This document shows, one piece after another, positions 24,634 through 37,654 of a DNA stretch of 64,000 nucleotides. Each line of letters opens with the position of its first letter. The first letter of the stretch is position 1. A model generated the notes under the pieces. That model saw only the letters and a list, made by a program, of their open reading frames with translations. It had not been told where the DNA came from and made no database searches. The translations under genes were made by a program, and so were the position numbers. Origin of the DNA: Octopus bimaculoides (lineage: Eukaryota). The stretch lies in the NCBI RefSeq assembly GCF_001194135.2, contig NC_068995.1:15086417-15150416 (forward strand). Direction: 5' to 3'.

Positions 24634-26103
24634 CTAGAAAATGAATAAAAGTCACGATCAGGATCACAAAGTAGCATAAGGGACATCAAAATATATGCTG
24701 TCACAATATAAAACCATCAAGTTCTAATTCTTTGACATTCAAAATCTAATGGCATCTATTATGTTCCAGTATTCATATAGGCAAAAACAGATCTTGAAAC
24801 TAAGAAGTACTCAATTTTTGTATAATTTAATCAATCAGGTTTTTTCAGCTGCTGTAGAAATGGACTGGTTGAATCAATAAGCCAGCTTATAAAATCGTTA
24901 GTCTTTACAAAACAGAAAGACTTTTGCACTGAAAAGTAAACTTAATGCTATGTGTATTAATTCATACAGGCAAATACAACTGGATGGATGGAGAGAGAGA
25001 GCCAAGGTGAGAGGGTGGTAGGGAAGGAAGAAAGTGATAAGCAGCTATATGATGGTTGTTGTTAAGGAGACTCAATAAAATGAAAACAGTGTAAGGACAA
25101 AGTAGGGAATGAGGCAGAGATACGAGGAAGACAAATTGATGGAAGAGGGAGAAATGAAAATGAAAGAGAATGATGAATGTCAGGGAAGAGTGAAGGCTTG
25201 AAAGAATAAAGATGGCTGACGGTGAAGAGAAAAGGAGTGACTGATGGATGCCAATAATGAGTAACATGAAAGCGAGAGTGATGGCTAGCAGATATGATGC
25301 AAATTAAAAGTAGCAGCTGTATTCTTTACAAGGCCAGACACACAACTTGGTGCATAAAAACATTATAAGCCTTAACGTAGAAACAAAGGTTTCTACTAAA
25401 AATCCAGTCTGATACAAACATGTATCAAACCAATTAAAGTGCAATGTAGATATAAATATGAAAACATTTTCGTCTTTAAGGCACAGGTGTGGCTGTGTGG
25501 TAAGAAGCATGCATCCCTACCACATGGTTCCAGGTTCAGTCCCATTGCATGGCAACCTGGGCAAGTATCTTCTATTATAGCCTTGAGCCAACCAAAGCCT
25601 TGTGAGTGGATATGGTGGACGAAAACTGAAAGAAGAACGTCGTATGTGTGTGTTTGTGTTTGTCCCTCTATCACTGCTTGCTAACTGATGTTGGTGTGTT
25701 TACATCCATGTAACTTAGTGGTTCAGCAAAAGAAACTGACAGAATAAGTACCAGGCTTTAACCCTTTAGCATTTTAACCAGCCATATCCGGCCAAAAGTA
25801 TTCTGCCTGTTTTATGTTCAAACTGGCCAGATCTGGTCTCTCACACCAACCCTACAATATTGTTTTAAAAATTAACAGCTACCTCATCAAAATCTCATAG
25901 CTACAAGATAATGTATGATTAGTTCAAAACAAGGTAGATGAAAAAGCATTAATTTTAACAGAATAATGCGAACACTAAAGGGTTAAAAAAATAAGTCTTG
26001 GGTTCGATTTTTACAAGTAGAAGCCCTCCAAGGTGATGCTCCAACATGGTTGCAGTCAAATGACTGAAACAAGTAAAAGAACAGCATGACAAGATAACCA
26101 TAC

Positions 26104-26307
26104 CTGAAGTGAGCAAAAGGTGCAGCAGGAATATACTGTAGAGAAACAACAGGTGACCGACTCCCCTCGGTGTTTATTTGTTGAATAAATGTATCAGTCT
26201 TACGGACATCATATTCCAACACTAAACCATTCTGAATGCCAGCAAAGAAGTAGTTATGGTCATCTGTGTTCCAGACACAACTCCAAGCAGGAAGTGGGAC
26301 CTCGTAC
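26104..26307 (-). CDS. RFWD3: RFWD3 coding exon 9 (WD40)
   Basis: YEVPLPAWSCVWNTDDHNYFFAGIQNGLVLEYDVRKT...SRSPVVSLQYIPAAPFAHF(R); phase 2-2. Confidence 0.95.
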
Positions 26308-26333
26308 CTGTAAAAACATTATACACACATATA

Positions 26334-26549
26334 CAAGGGGGGTGCTGAAAAGTTCCTGGCTTTAAGGGTGTCGTGAAAGGCTTGGTTGGAGGCCCAACCT
26401 TCCAAGTATTTTTACAGGGGTCAGAAAAACTGAAGGACCACTGTAACAAGTGTGTGAATCTGAGAGGGGAACATATTGGATAAAATCATAATTCACTGAT
26501 CCTTCTGTATTTTCTTTTAACCAAAGCCAGAAACTTTTCAGCACCGTCA
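26334..26549. mobile_element. mariner-derived MITE (second copy at ~32534-32756)
   Basis: TIR ...GGTGCTGAAAAGTTCC / ...AACTTTTCAGCACC with TA flanks; two diverged copies in the window. Confidence 0.7.
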
Positions 26550-26704
26550 TATATATACACATATACATACACAAACACATATGCCACATTTGTGTATAAT
26601 ACATTCTCATGTATAATGCTAATCTGTAATTATGTGCAATGGCTTCCCCCCACTACCACCATATACCCACTGACTTCCTTTCTGTATTATGATAAATAAA
26701 TAAA

Positions 26705-26935
26705 GGCGGCGAGCTGGCAGAAACGTTAGCACGCCGGGCGAAATACTTAGCCGTATTTCGCCTGTCTTTATGTTCTGAGTTCAAACTCTGCCGAGGTCGA
26801 CTTTGCCTTTCATCCTTTCGGGGTCGATAAATTAAGTATCAGCTGTGCACTGGGGTTGATGTAATCGACTTAATCCCTTTGTCTGTCCGTGTTTGTCTCT
26901 TCTATGTTTAGCCCCTTGTGGACAATAAAGAAATA
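26705..26935 (+). mobile_element. tRNA-derived SINE, family B (representative copy)
   Basis: Head GGCGAGCTGGCAGAAACGTTAGC...GAGTTCAAA; many diverged copies on both strands throughout the window. Confidence 0.75.
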
Positions 26936-27387
26936 AGAATTGTTACCACTTTGGACAAAATGCTTAGAGGCATTTCTTCCTGAGTTCAAATTCCGCCGCA
27001 GTTGACTCTGCCTCTCATCCTTTCAGGGGTCAATAAAATAAGTACCAGGCAAGTACAGGGGTTGATGAAATCAACTAGCCTCCAACACCCTTCCCCAAAA
27101 TATCAGGCCTTGTACCTGTAGTAGATAGAATTATGATATATGGCTAAAGGGGACTTTTTAACCAGATTTACTTTAATCGTTGTACAAAATACAATGAAAA
27201 AGTTCACATCTCTTAAATAAAAATAAAAGCAAATTTTAAAGTGACTTTTGAATTTTCCCATTTAAGCCGTAAAAGTGTACCAGCTGTAAAGCCAACATAA
27301 TGGAAACCAATTAATCCTGTTTTTTCATGAAAATAAGTAAATTATACATGAATAAATTTGGCATGTATATACACACACTCTATACAA

Positions 27388-27423
<36 letters not shown>

Positions 27424-29390
27424 GGCACAAGTGCTAGGAAGGCGACGTTGGTAACGGTCACGCTCAAATGGTGCTATTTACATGCCACCGGCACGAAAGC
27501 CAGACAGCTGGTGCTCTGGCAACGATAGACATTCGAGCGAGTTCGTTGCCAGTACTGCTGGACTGGTTCCAGTGCAGGTGGCACATAAGATACACCATTT
27601 CGAGCGTGGCCGTTGCCAGTACCTCCTGACTGGCCTTTGTGCCGGTGGCACGTAAAAGCACCCACTACACTCTCTGAGTGGTTGGCATTAGGAAGGGCAT
27701 CCAGCTGTAGAAACTCTACCAAATCAGATTGGAGCCTGGTGTAGCCATCTGGTTCACCAGTCCTCAGTCAAATCGTCCAACCCATGCTAGCATGGAAAGC
27801 GGATGTTAAACGATGATGATGATGATGATATATATATCTTAGCTATAATGTAAACAATATAACATTTTAAAATTAAATTATGTTAAATGTTAAGAAATAT
27901 GTCACAAGACAGAAAAGAGAGAACATCTCACATTATGGGTGTTCATGTAACTATCACTTGATGTGTGATCATGTTATTGATTACACCAAATAAATTCTAC
28001 CAAACTATCAGTTCTGTTTTATTGGATAAACTAAATCTAGTTATACATAGATATATTACAATCATTGTTTTAATGTCCACATTCTCATGCTGGCATGGAT
28101 TAGACTAAAATAATTGTGGTAGATTTCTACAATCAGATGCTTTTCTTGTAAGCAACCTCCACTTGTTTCTAAATAAGAATAAGAAACTATTTCCCCTTGT
28201 CCTTCAACCAATAAACAGCTCAATAGCTGGACATGTTTATGCAGCAGATTGTCAACAAAGTTGCCATCATTTCAACGGAGTCATTGTTTTTAAACTGTAC
28301 ACAAACATCAAAACAATGGGATAACTACATGCATACACAAATCTGTCTATGAATGAATGAATGAACAACTCAGGGCTGTTGCAAAGCCCCTGCAACCCCT
28401 GCAGTCGCAGGGGGCCTCCGCGGTTGAGGGGCCCCATGTTAAGATCAAAGTATGTAGATGAGTCATCTATTTACTTTGGTTAAGATGTTGAACAAGAATT
28501 AAACAATCTATGTTAACTGAAAATTTCAAGAAATAAAATAGTAATACATTGTACCTGCAAAAGTTCTTGTAAAAATATTATATTGTACCACAAACATATA
28601 CCAGACTTTGTGGATTGTCTATGATATCTATTGAACATTAACTTAGCTCTCAGCTTGATTATTCTAAACTGATTGATGATTTCATGAAGTGAAAAGTGCA
28701 CCATGTTTTTCTTTGAAAGTTACCTGGATTATAAAAGCGCTCTTTTATTCATTCTGGAAGTTTTACTTACTGAAACTTGTAATAGACCTAAATAAATTTA
28801 ACTTGTACTTTTGCAGAAGGCCTCTAAAAGTCATGTGATGGAGCTGGAATGACTGTTACACTTCCTATAGTTTCTTTCAACCAATTCCACTCACGAAGCA
28901 TTCATCAGTACAATGTTATAGGAAAAGATACCTACCCAGTTCCATGCAGTTGGAACTAACTCAAAAACAATGTGGTTGCAAAACAGAATTTCTAACCACA
29001 TGTCCATGCATATGCTGTTAAAAAAAACACACATATTGTATATTATATGTATGTGTGGGTGTGTAAGCATGTATATATATCATTGCACATACACACAGTA
29101 ATAAATATATATATTTTGATGTCCTAGCATGGCTGCAGTCTTGACTGAAACATGTAAAAGTGTTGCTGTAATATAAGCAGAGACATTCATTTTGCAGGTT
29201 GACAACAGGATCAGAATCCAGCTGTAGAAAATTTGACTTAATAAACACTATTTGACCCATGAAGTATGGAATAGTGGATTAAAAGAATGATGATAATGAC
29301 ATATGAGAGGGTGAATGTATGTGTGTATATGAAAGGTCTAGTTGATCATGGTTAACCAGGAGTTAAAGGAACAAGAATTGTGATACTTAC

Positions 29391-29554
29391 TGTTGAACAA
29401 CTGTGTTGCTAATTAAACTGGTTAATTTGATTTTTTTATCCATAGCACAACTAAGCAGTAAACCATCGGAATAGGTTGGATGGAAACTCATGGAACGGAT
29501 AAGTTTAGAATGAAGTGGGATATATTCAGTCGTCCGAAAATCCACCGTACTAAT
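29391..29554 (-). CDS. RFWD3: RFWD3 coding exon 8 (WD40)
   Basis: ISTVDFRTTEYIPLHSKLIRSMSFHPTYSDGLLLSCAMDKKIKLTSLISNTVVQ(Q); phase 0-2. Confidence 0.95.
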
Positions 29555-30071
29555 CTGTAAGAACATTCATATGTGCATAGATAAATTTTTAAATGGGGAA
29601 AATACACACACAATAAATACATACAGTAAAATGCCTGATTGATGTATATTTTGATGTCTGACTTCAATCTGTTCAATTTTCCGTCAAGTAACTAGGATAA
29701 AATGTAACCTGAAGAAGTGAACATTTCGTAAGCAGAATTTGTCTAAAAACACCTTTAGGATTTGATGTGAAGTTTCCTGAGTATTCTTAAAAATTTTTCC
29801 ACTGACATTTGATTGATATGTGCATCCAACAAACTAATTTGTATACAGAACAAAAAGAGCAGTCAAATTGTTGCTACATGTGTTGATTAAATTTGTGCAA
29901 GCCTCTGTATGTTGTGTCTGATGTAACAGTTTACCTACCACAGCTAAGCTGCAAAAATGTCAGGGAAAACCATTTTTGTCTTTTTATTTGTCATGTTTCT
30001 ACATCCATGTCTATTACTAACAGCATGTAATTTATTACCGCCATCTCCCTTTTTATCATCTTTTTTAAGTA

Positions 30072-31213
30072 CCATAAAAACCCATGTAATTTATGCACTT
30101 TTTTTTCACAAAAACAAATTAACCTTAGCGGGTGCGTAAATTACATGAGTAGACCGTTTCCAGAATTTTTTTTCTGTGCTGAAAAATGACATATAAATGT
30201 AAACATTCATACCAGATGTTGACTCATTTAATGTCAGAATAGGTTTTTACAGAAAAAATATAATGAAGTTGACTTTCATTCATGCTGGATGGTATAATGC
30301 TTACTTTTTCTGTATAAATTTACTAAAACCATTAAATGGTTAACTACTTTTTGAAGTTTCATGTTCGTGCTGGTAATCACAGTCCAGGCCATTTTTTACT
30401 GCATCTAACACCAACGACATCGTAATCCATCCTTGCGCATGTAAACTCACTAAGTGAATATGCCTTAGCATTCTTACAGAAACCTTCATTTACCTTATAT
30501 GATGTTTAACGTTGTTTCACATTCATGTTGAATTATGCAGTAATTTTATGTTCTTTTCATAGAACACTTGTAATGTATGTATTACCAGTTCTTTTGGTAT
30601 AGTAGATTTTTGCTATTCTTGTATATGTCCCCTAACAGACGTGTATATCCTAACAAGTTGTTTCTTAAATTTCGCACCTCTCTTGTTCGATAAACACTGA
30701 GTTAAACTTGCAAAGCTGTTTATTTTCTCCTTTTGTTTATTTTAGTGGGTTACCAAACTATCAGTTTGGTCTCCCAGCTAAAACGGTAAAGACAAATTTT
30801 TAAGTTTGCTTGACATTTTATAAGTGTGAAAGGGATTAAAATTTCGATACTCTGTATCAAAGGTTCTGACAAAAATAGGCAGAAAATCAGAGCTTGAGAC
30901 AAGAAGATACTTTCGACCAATCAGAATTCTGTTTACATAATCAGTTTGATCAGTCACCTCCTTCTGTTGAGTAAAATGTCATCCAAGCTGATGTTTATTG
31001 GTAATGAAACTTAATTTAATAAAATCTAATCATAAGTAAGTGAAATTATGCTACATACAACTAAATTGAAAACCTTTTTGCCCTGGCCATATCAACAATT
31101 CTGAAAACTTTTGGGTGTGAATTTTACATGAGCAGCATTTTTTTGACAGTTTTTATCCGGAAAAATCACCTGCATAAATTACACAGGTGCCCAAATTACA
31201 TGAGTTTTTACAG
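30072..31213. mobile_element. pogo/Tigger-like DNA transposon remnant
   Basis: TA-flanked TIRs CCATAAAAACCCATGTAATT / AATTACATGAGTTTTTACAG with subterminal repeats; no intact ORF. Confidence 0.65.
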
Positions 31214-31618
31214 TATATCTGTTTTGTTTAGTTACTATTATTATGTAATCGATTAACAACCAAGCAAGCATGATTTTTTTTATCACAAATGACTACTCAC
31301 ATTAAAAAAAAATTCTTTTCTGTAATACTATAAAATTTTCACAATAATCTGACCACAAGTAAAGATACTATAAGCATTTGAATAACAAACCCATTTTTTA
31401 ATATTTTCTGTTCGATATTACAGGAATGGGTGTTTGACTTAGAAAATTTTTAATATGTTGAAAGTTAAATATGTTAATTAAAATTTTATCGTGTTAATCA
31501 TTATATACATCTAGTCTGGATTCTATTGCACTTAATACCAAGTTAAATCTGAAGAATTAGGTTGTAAACTGAGAAGGAAGACAAATATCATGAAATGTAA
31601 ACATTTAATAATACTCAC

Positions 31619-31720
31619 TTTTCTCACACCAAAGCCCTGGAACAATGGAATACTTGAGGGCTGTGATACAACCAGGACACCCAGAAAAGGACTGTAAGCC
31701 ATCACACGGCAGTTCCCACC
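31619..31720 (-). CDS. RFWD3: RFWD3 coding exon 7 (WD40)
   Basis: GGNCRVMAYSPFLGVLVVSQPSSIPLFQGFGVRK, resembling human AGNCRIMAY...LVISQPS...PGFGVK. Confidence 0.95.
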
Positions 31721-32823
31721 CTAAAATTAAATGAGAATTTTGTTGAATTTGGAAAAGCCTGAAATGAAGTTTTCTTTAGTACTGTAGACTGGCAATAGTA
31801 GTAAAGACACAATGCCTAATAGCATTTATAAGTTCTCAGATTAGCCTGTTCCATGCACATTTCAATGTTTGACTTCAATCTGTTCGATTCTCCACCAAGT
31901 AACTACAACAAAATATTTATTTCTTTATTGCCCACAAAGGGGCTAAACATAGAGGGGACAAACAAGGACACACAAAGGGATTAAGTTGATTACATCAACC
32001 CCAGTGCATAACTGGTACTTATTTAATTGACCCCGAAAGGATGAAAAGCAAAGTCGACCTCGGCAGAATTTGAACCCAGAATGTAATGGCAGATGAAATA
32101 CCACTAAGCATTTCACCCAGAGTGCTAACGATTTTGACAGCTTGCCACCCTACAGCAAAATATTACCTGAGAAAAATCCTCCAACCCATGTCAGTAAGGA
32201 AAAAAATGGATGTTAAATGATGAGCATGTATCATACTTTATTTTACTGGCCTCTGTAATCAAATTGCTGATCTGTGGGATGTATTGTGTATAGGAAGATA
32301 AACAAAAGGTACACATCATTCAAGCTGTGCCGGTGTGAAGACACACAGAGATAAATGCACATACACACAAGTACACAAACATATACATATACAAAGAGAC
32401 TTCCATAAAGTTTCCATCTGCAAAATTGCACCAAGGCATTGTTCAACCCAAAGTTATAGAACACATTTGCTCAGTGTGGCATGCAGCAAGACTGAACATG
32501 AAACCATGTAGCTACTGCAAAGCAGGTCCCTTAAGAGGAGGTGCTGAAAAGTTCCTAGCTTTAAGGGTATCGTTAAAGGCCTGTTTGGAGGCCCAACCTT
32601 CTGAGTTCTTTTTACGGGGCTTAGAAAATCAGAAGGACTGCTACAATAAGTGTGTGAATCTGAGAGGGGAATATGTTGAATAAAATCATAATTAACTGAT
32701 CCTCCTGTGTTTTTTTTTTTTTTACCTAAAGTCAGGAATTTTTCAGCACCCCTTCATAATTGCAAATCTATTCTTACATCAAAGTACAAAAAACCCCCAG
32801 TTTTTAAATGATTTGTCACATAC

Positions 32824-32956
32824 CTCCCAAATCAAAATTGTTTTAATACATCTATATTGTCCATTTCTGTTTGCTTCTTGGCTTTTATTTACAGAATTTT
32901 CCTGAGAGAGTGAAACATCAGAAGTTGCGCCAGTGCTGCTTCCCATCAACCGACTC
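32824..32956 (-). CDS. RFWD3: RFWD3 coding exon 6
   Basis: SRLMGSSTGATSDVSLSQENSVNKSQEANRNGQYRCIKTILIWE; phase 2-0, canonical splice sites. Confidence 0.9.
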
Positions 32957-33207
32957 CTGCAATAAAACATAAATCATTGCATTTATTCTTATACTTGTTT
33001 CAGTCACTTGACAGTGGCCACACTGGAGCACTGCCTTGAAGGGTTTTAGTCAAACAAATCGACCCTGGAACTTTTTTAAAGCCTAATACTTATTCTGTTG
33101 GTCTCTTTTGCCGAACTGCTTAGTTACAGGGACATAAACACATCAGCACCAATTGTCAAGTGGTGACAGAGGGACAAACAGAGTCACAAAGATATATATA
33201 TATATAT

Positions 33208-33635
33208 AAAAATAATATTAGGAATAAAAATCCAAAATTACAGGTAAAAACTCAATTAAAATCAATTTATTAAAAATTAAAATTAAATTAAGTTTCACAG
33301 TATAAAATGCGACAGTGAATTTTCATCGATGAGTTCATGAACCTTGGTTCTTTTCCCTAAAACTTGATCAGTGAATGAACTTCACTATGATTTACATAGG
33401 TTTGTGAAGGAGAAACAGGCCTCTCTATCCAGCTGGCAAGCTACTTCAGGCTGATGACGAGCAAAGACTCAGAAACATGTCCCTGAATGCTGGCTAGGGG
33501 AGCTTGTCTCCCCTTCACAAACTTAAGGACACAGTAATTGTGTCAAGGCCGACAGGAAGCGGTCCAGCTTCCTAGGGCTAAACAGCAGTAGTGTATTCCC
33601 TTATTGGGATTGTCACATTAAGTTGACAATATACA

Positions 33636-33640
<5 letters not shown>
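33208..33640 (+). mobile_element. Hammerhead-bearing fold-back insertion (probable Penelope-like / retrozyme-like remnant) within a (TA)n tract of a SINE
   Basis: Bounded by (TA)n on both sides and splitting an otherwise contiguous SINE. It contains the ribozyme plus sequence shared with 6632-6869 and 22036-22088. Confidence 0.55.
33445..33487 (+). ncRNA. Minimal type I hammerhead ribozyme motif (Penelope-like-element type)
   Basis: Stem I ttcagg/cctgaa; core CTGATGA (33451-33457); stem II c-gag...ctc-a; GAAA; palindromic mini stem III ACATGT; GTC cleavage triplet ending at 33481. Confidence 0.75.
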
Positions 33641-33671
<31 letters not shown>

Positions 33672-34955
33672 GCTTCTTTCAGTTTCTGTCTATCAAATCC
33701 ACTCACAAGGCTTTGGTCAACTCAAAGCTATAGTAGAAGACACTTGCCCAAGGTGCCATGCAGTGGGACTGAACCCAGAACCATGTGATTGGGAAGCAAG
33801 CTTCTTACCACACAGCCACGCCTGCGCCTATTTGAGAAATTTTTCAACATCAACAATCACAATACCTAGTTACCATTATCCAATGTGCCACAATCACCAA
33901 GTGCAACTGTCACTTTGTACCGGCAAAATTTGGGGTTAAAAGCGTTGGGCAAATATTAATTACATAGACAATACACTCTATAAAGTAGTTGAAAAACAAG
34001 GCATATATAAAACAGAGAGAATTCTTTTGTTCTCATTGTGAACAAGACAAGGTCCACCAGTGCTGGTGCTATGGTAAAATGAAACCAATAACACTCTGTA
34101 AAAAAGTTAATGTTAGGAAGAGCATTCAGTTGCAGATTTTAACCCTGTCAAGATGTATTCTCACTATAGTGGGAATAGGTTAACCCTTTAGCATTTAATC
34201 AAGCCATATATGGCTCAAATATATGGCTCAAATATTCAACCCTACAATGTCATCGTAAAACTATACAATTAAAGCTACAGGATAATGTGGGAGTAAATAA
34301 AAAAACATGTAATCTGAATGCTAATGGGTTAAACATCCTCTCTCTTGGATTCCCAGTAAAGTAGTAATGAACAATGTACGTAGTAAAAGAAGATTGTTAC
34401 TCTTGAGCTGTATTCTTTTACTTATTTCAGTCAGCTGAGTACGGCCATGCTGGAGCACCATCTTGAACGATTTCAGTTGAACAAATGATGATGATGAAAC
34501 TGATACTAGAACCTTTTTCTTTTAAGCCTAGCACTTATTCTATCAGTCTCTTTTGCCAAACCACTGAGTTTGAGAAATTAACTTGAATTCTTTTAGTAGT
34601 GTGGCCTGCCAAATGCTGAGTCATGACTCCTGCAGCCGACGTTTTGGAAAAGGCTGCCCATCCCTGATCTAGAGGTAAAAATCCATAAACTTGGTTTTCA
34701 ACAATGAATGCAACCATACTTTGTATGCTTTACCTTGCAGCAAAGGGTATATATTCAATTTGTTAATATGAAAGGCTACAGTAGGGTTTGGACACACGAC
34801 CGTATGATCAATTGTCCAGCACCTCAACAATAAAACCATTATGCTTTATTTTCACACAAAGATATATTTGAGGAAAACACAAAAGCAATAAAAAAAAAAT
34901 CATACACACCAAACTCTTATTTATATGTGTGTGTGCATAGGTAAAGAAGAGTTAC

Positions 34956-35125
34956 CTGAGAAATTTAATTTCATTTTGGGCCTCTTGAAGTTCACTTTGT
35001 AGCTTGGAACAATTCAGTTGATATTTGCGACCGAGTTCAGCTAATTCCATTTTCAATTCAGCATTTCTTTGCTTGCTTTGAGCAAGTTCCTGTAAAGCTC
35101 TATCACGTTCAATAGTGTCCACAGC
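34956..35125 (-). CDS. RFWD3: RFWD3 coding exon 5 (coiled coil)
   Basis: AVDTIERDRALQELAQSKQRNAELKMELAEL...QEAQNEIKFL(R); phase 0-2. Confidence 0.92.
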
Positions 35126-35157
35126 CTAGGAAACAGCAACATTGTTAATAAAGATAC

Positions 35158-35192
<35 letters not shown>

Positions 35193-36282
35193 AATACAGA
35201 TACACATATATATTCATACACAAACAAACAGTTATATGCATACATACACACATACATATATACTACTCCTATATACACAGGTCATATACATATATTTCAT
35301 GAACATTGCAAAATGGGAGTATATTGCTGATGATCACTCCTGCTAGAGACAGGAACCAGACAAGGGCTTAAAACGATAAGAGATGCTGATGAAGAAAATC
35401 ATATTTAAGGAAATGCAGCATCAAGATAGCAGACAGTGCCTTTAAGTGTAGGCTCTGCAGACAGGACTGTCACACACATGTGGGTCATTTGCTGACACTG
35501 TCCCCGGCAAATGCTGTTCCGTATACAAGAACAAAATAGGATTTTCCAGGTGTAGATCTATGGTCTCGTGAAACTGACAGAAGCTTCTTCAGCATCTACA
35601 TATGTCATGCACACAAATACAAAGATATGTACACATATATACATGGCTAAACAAATGCACACACTAACATGTATGTACGCATGCTTGTATGTATGTGTGT
35701 ATATATATATCATCATCATTGTTTAACGTTCGCTTTCCATGTTGGTGTGGGTTGGACGGTTTGATTGAGGACTGGCAAACCAGATGGCTGCACCAGGCTC
35801 AAATCTGATCCGGCAGAGTTTCTACAGCTAGATGCCCTTTCTAATGCCAACCACTTGCTTTAGTCATTTGACTGCAGCCATGCTGGAGCACCGCCTTAAG
35901 GGGTTTTTCTAGTCAAAGAAATCGACCCTGGGACTTATTCTTCGTAAGCCTAGTACTTATTCTATCAGCCTCTTTTGCCGAACCACTAAGTTAAGGGGAT
36001 GTAAACACACCAGCATCGACTGTCAAGCAATTGTGGGGACACACACACACAATGGGCTTCTTTCACTTTCTGTCTACTAAATCCACTCACAAGGCTTTGG
36101 TCGGCCCAAGGCTATAGTAGAAGACACTTGCCCAAAGTGGCAGGTACTGAACCTGGAACCATGTGGTTTGGAAGCAAGCTTCTTACCACACAGCCATGCC
36201 TGTACACACACACACACACACATACATATATCAAACACAGAGAGAGAGAGAGATACTTGAAAAGAATTTAGTCAATACCCAC

Positions 36283-36385
36283 CCGGATATTTCTGGAAAA
36301 TACGACTCGTATGTCACTTCTTTTGGCTTTACAGTTACAATGGGGACATTTATCTCCTTGACCTCTTAACCACTTTTCAATGCAG
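36283..36385 (-). CDS. RFWD3: RFWD3 coding exon 4 (RING, second half)
   Basis: CIEKWLRGQGDKCPHCNCKAKRSDIRVVFSRNIR; phase 2-0. Confidence 0.95.
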
Positions 36386-37207
36386 CTGAGACAATATAAA
36401 GAAATAAAATATTAATATGCTAAACGAAATACAGTACAAATACAACATAGCTTACAAATAAATATACACCTTCCTTGATAGTACATCACTCCTTAGTTGA
36501 GGGGGTCTTGTCATGCAAATTACTTGGGGACCTCATTCATGCTGATGCCATGTCAAAAAACATCCAGTACACTTTGTAAAGTGGTTGGCATTAGGAAGGC
36601 TATCTAGCTGTAGAAATCAAACACACAAGAACTCACACACATTCGAATGCACACACATACACACGGACATGGACACACACACAAGGAAACACAGACATAC
36701 ATGCTCGTACACACATGCAGGCTTATGCATGCTCATACTCTTGCACAGATACACATCAATTTATTCAGCATTTATCAAACAAAGAAGACAGTTTAACTGT
36801 CTTTGAGAGAAACGTGATATGGATGAACGTGTGTGCATTTGTGAAGAAAACAAAGAGAAAACCAAAACCGCTAACTTATGTATATAAAAATGACATAAGT
36901 CAGTATTTAAAAAACAAACACACACACACACATACAGATATACACACACACATACTCATATTGGACAGATCTTGGACAAATCCCGACACTGGAACATAAG
37001 TTCAAAAGAAATGGAAGAGGAAAAATGTGTCACTGAAGAGGTTGCAACAATGCAATTAAATAATTGTTTGACAAAAAACAAGAAATAACAACACAAACAA
37101 TACTAAACAATAACAATAAAGGACCAAACCAGTGTGTGTGTTTATTATTACCAGCATAATGCTCCTCCCAAGGTTCAATAAAATTTACTTATTATCATTT
37201 ATTTACA

Positions 37208-37330
37208 CAGGGTGTCCACAAAGTCTGGGTACATGGGGATTAACACATTCTTTAAGAAATTATTATTTCTTATACTTAATTATGTTATGATTTTATTTAC
37301 TCCATGTACCCAGACCTTGTGGACACCCTG
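37208..37330. mobile_element. Tc1-like MITE
   Basis: TIR CAGGGTGTCCACAAAGTCTGGGTACATGG on both ends; right TA TSD, left flank CA. Confidence 0.75.
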
Positions 37331-37568
37331 TATATTTTGTTTGTCTTATAGTTGCTGACATTTGGTTCCAGCTGTGACCACCACATCAAATGCCTCTTTT
37401 CCATACTTAAAACAGTAAGATAGGATTTGAGAGAGATTCGGTTATTTTGTAGTAGGGGACTGTTATTCTTTTTGATTGTTAAGGTCATAACTACTCAATC
37501 TGGATTAAAAGAAAAAAAAAACAAAAAAAAACAATCTTTATACAATTAATTGCATGAAAGTCAATTAC

Positions 37569-37654
37569 CTTTGACCAAACAGGTGACCACATTTAAGGGA
37601 AGCTGGCCTATGATTACCAGAGGTTGTCCAAGGTTCGAAACAAATGGAGCAAGT
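37569..37654 (-). CDS. RFWD3: RFWD3 coding exon 3 (RING, first half)
   Basis: TCSICFEPWTTSGNHRPASLKCGHLFGQ(S), matching the RFWD3 RING C..C...W...G.HR...L.CGHLFG. Confidence 0.95.
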
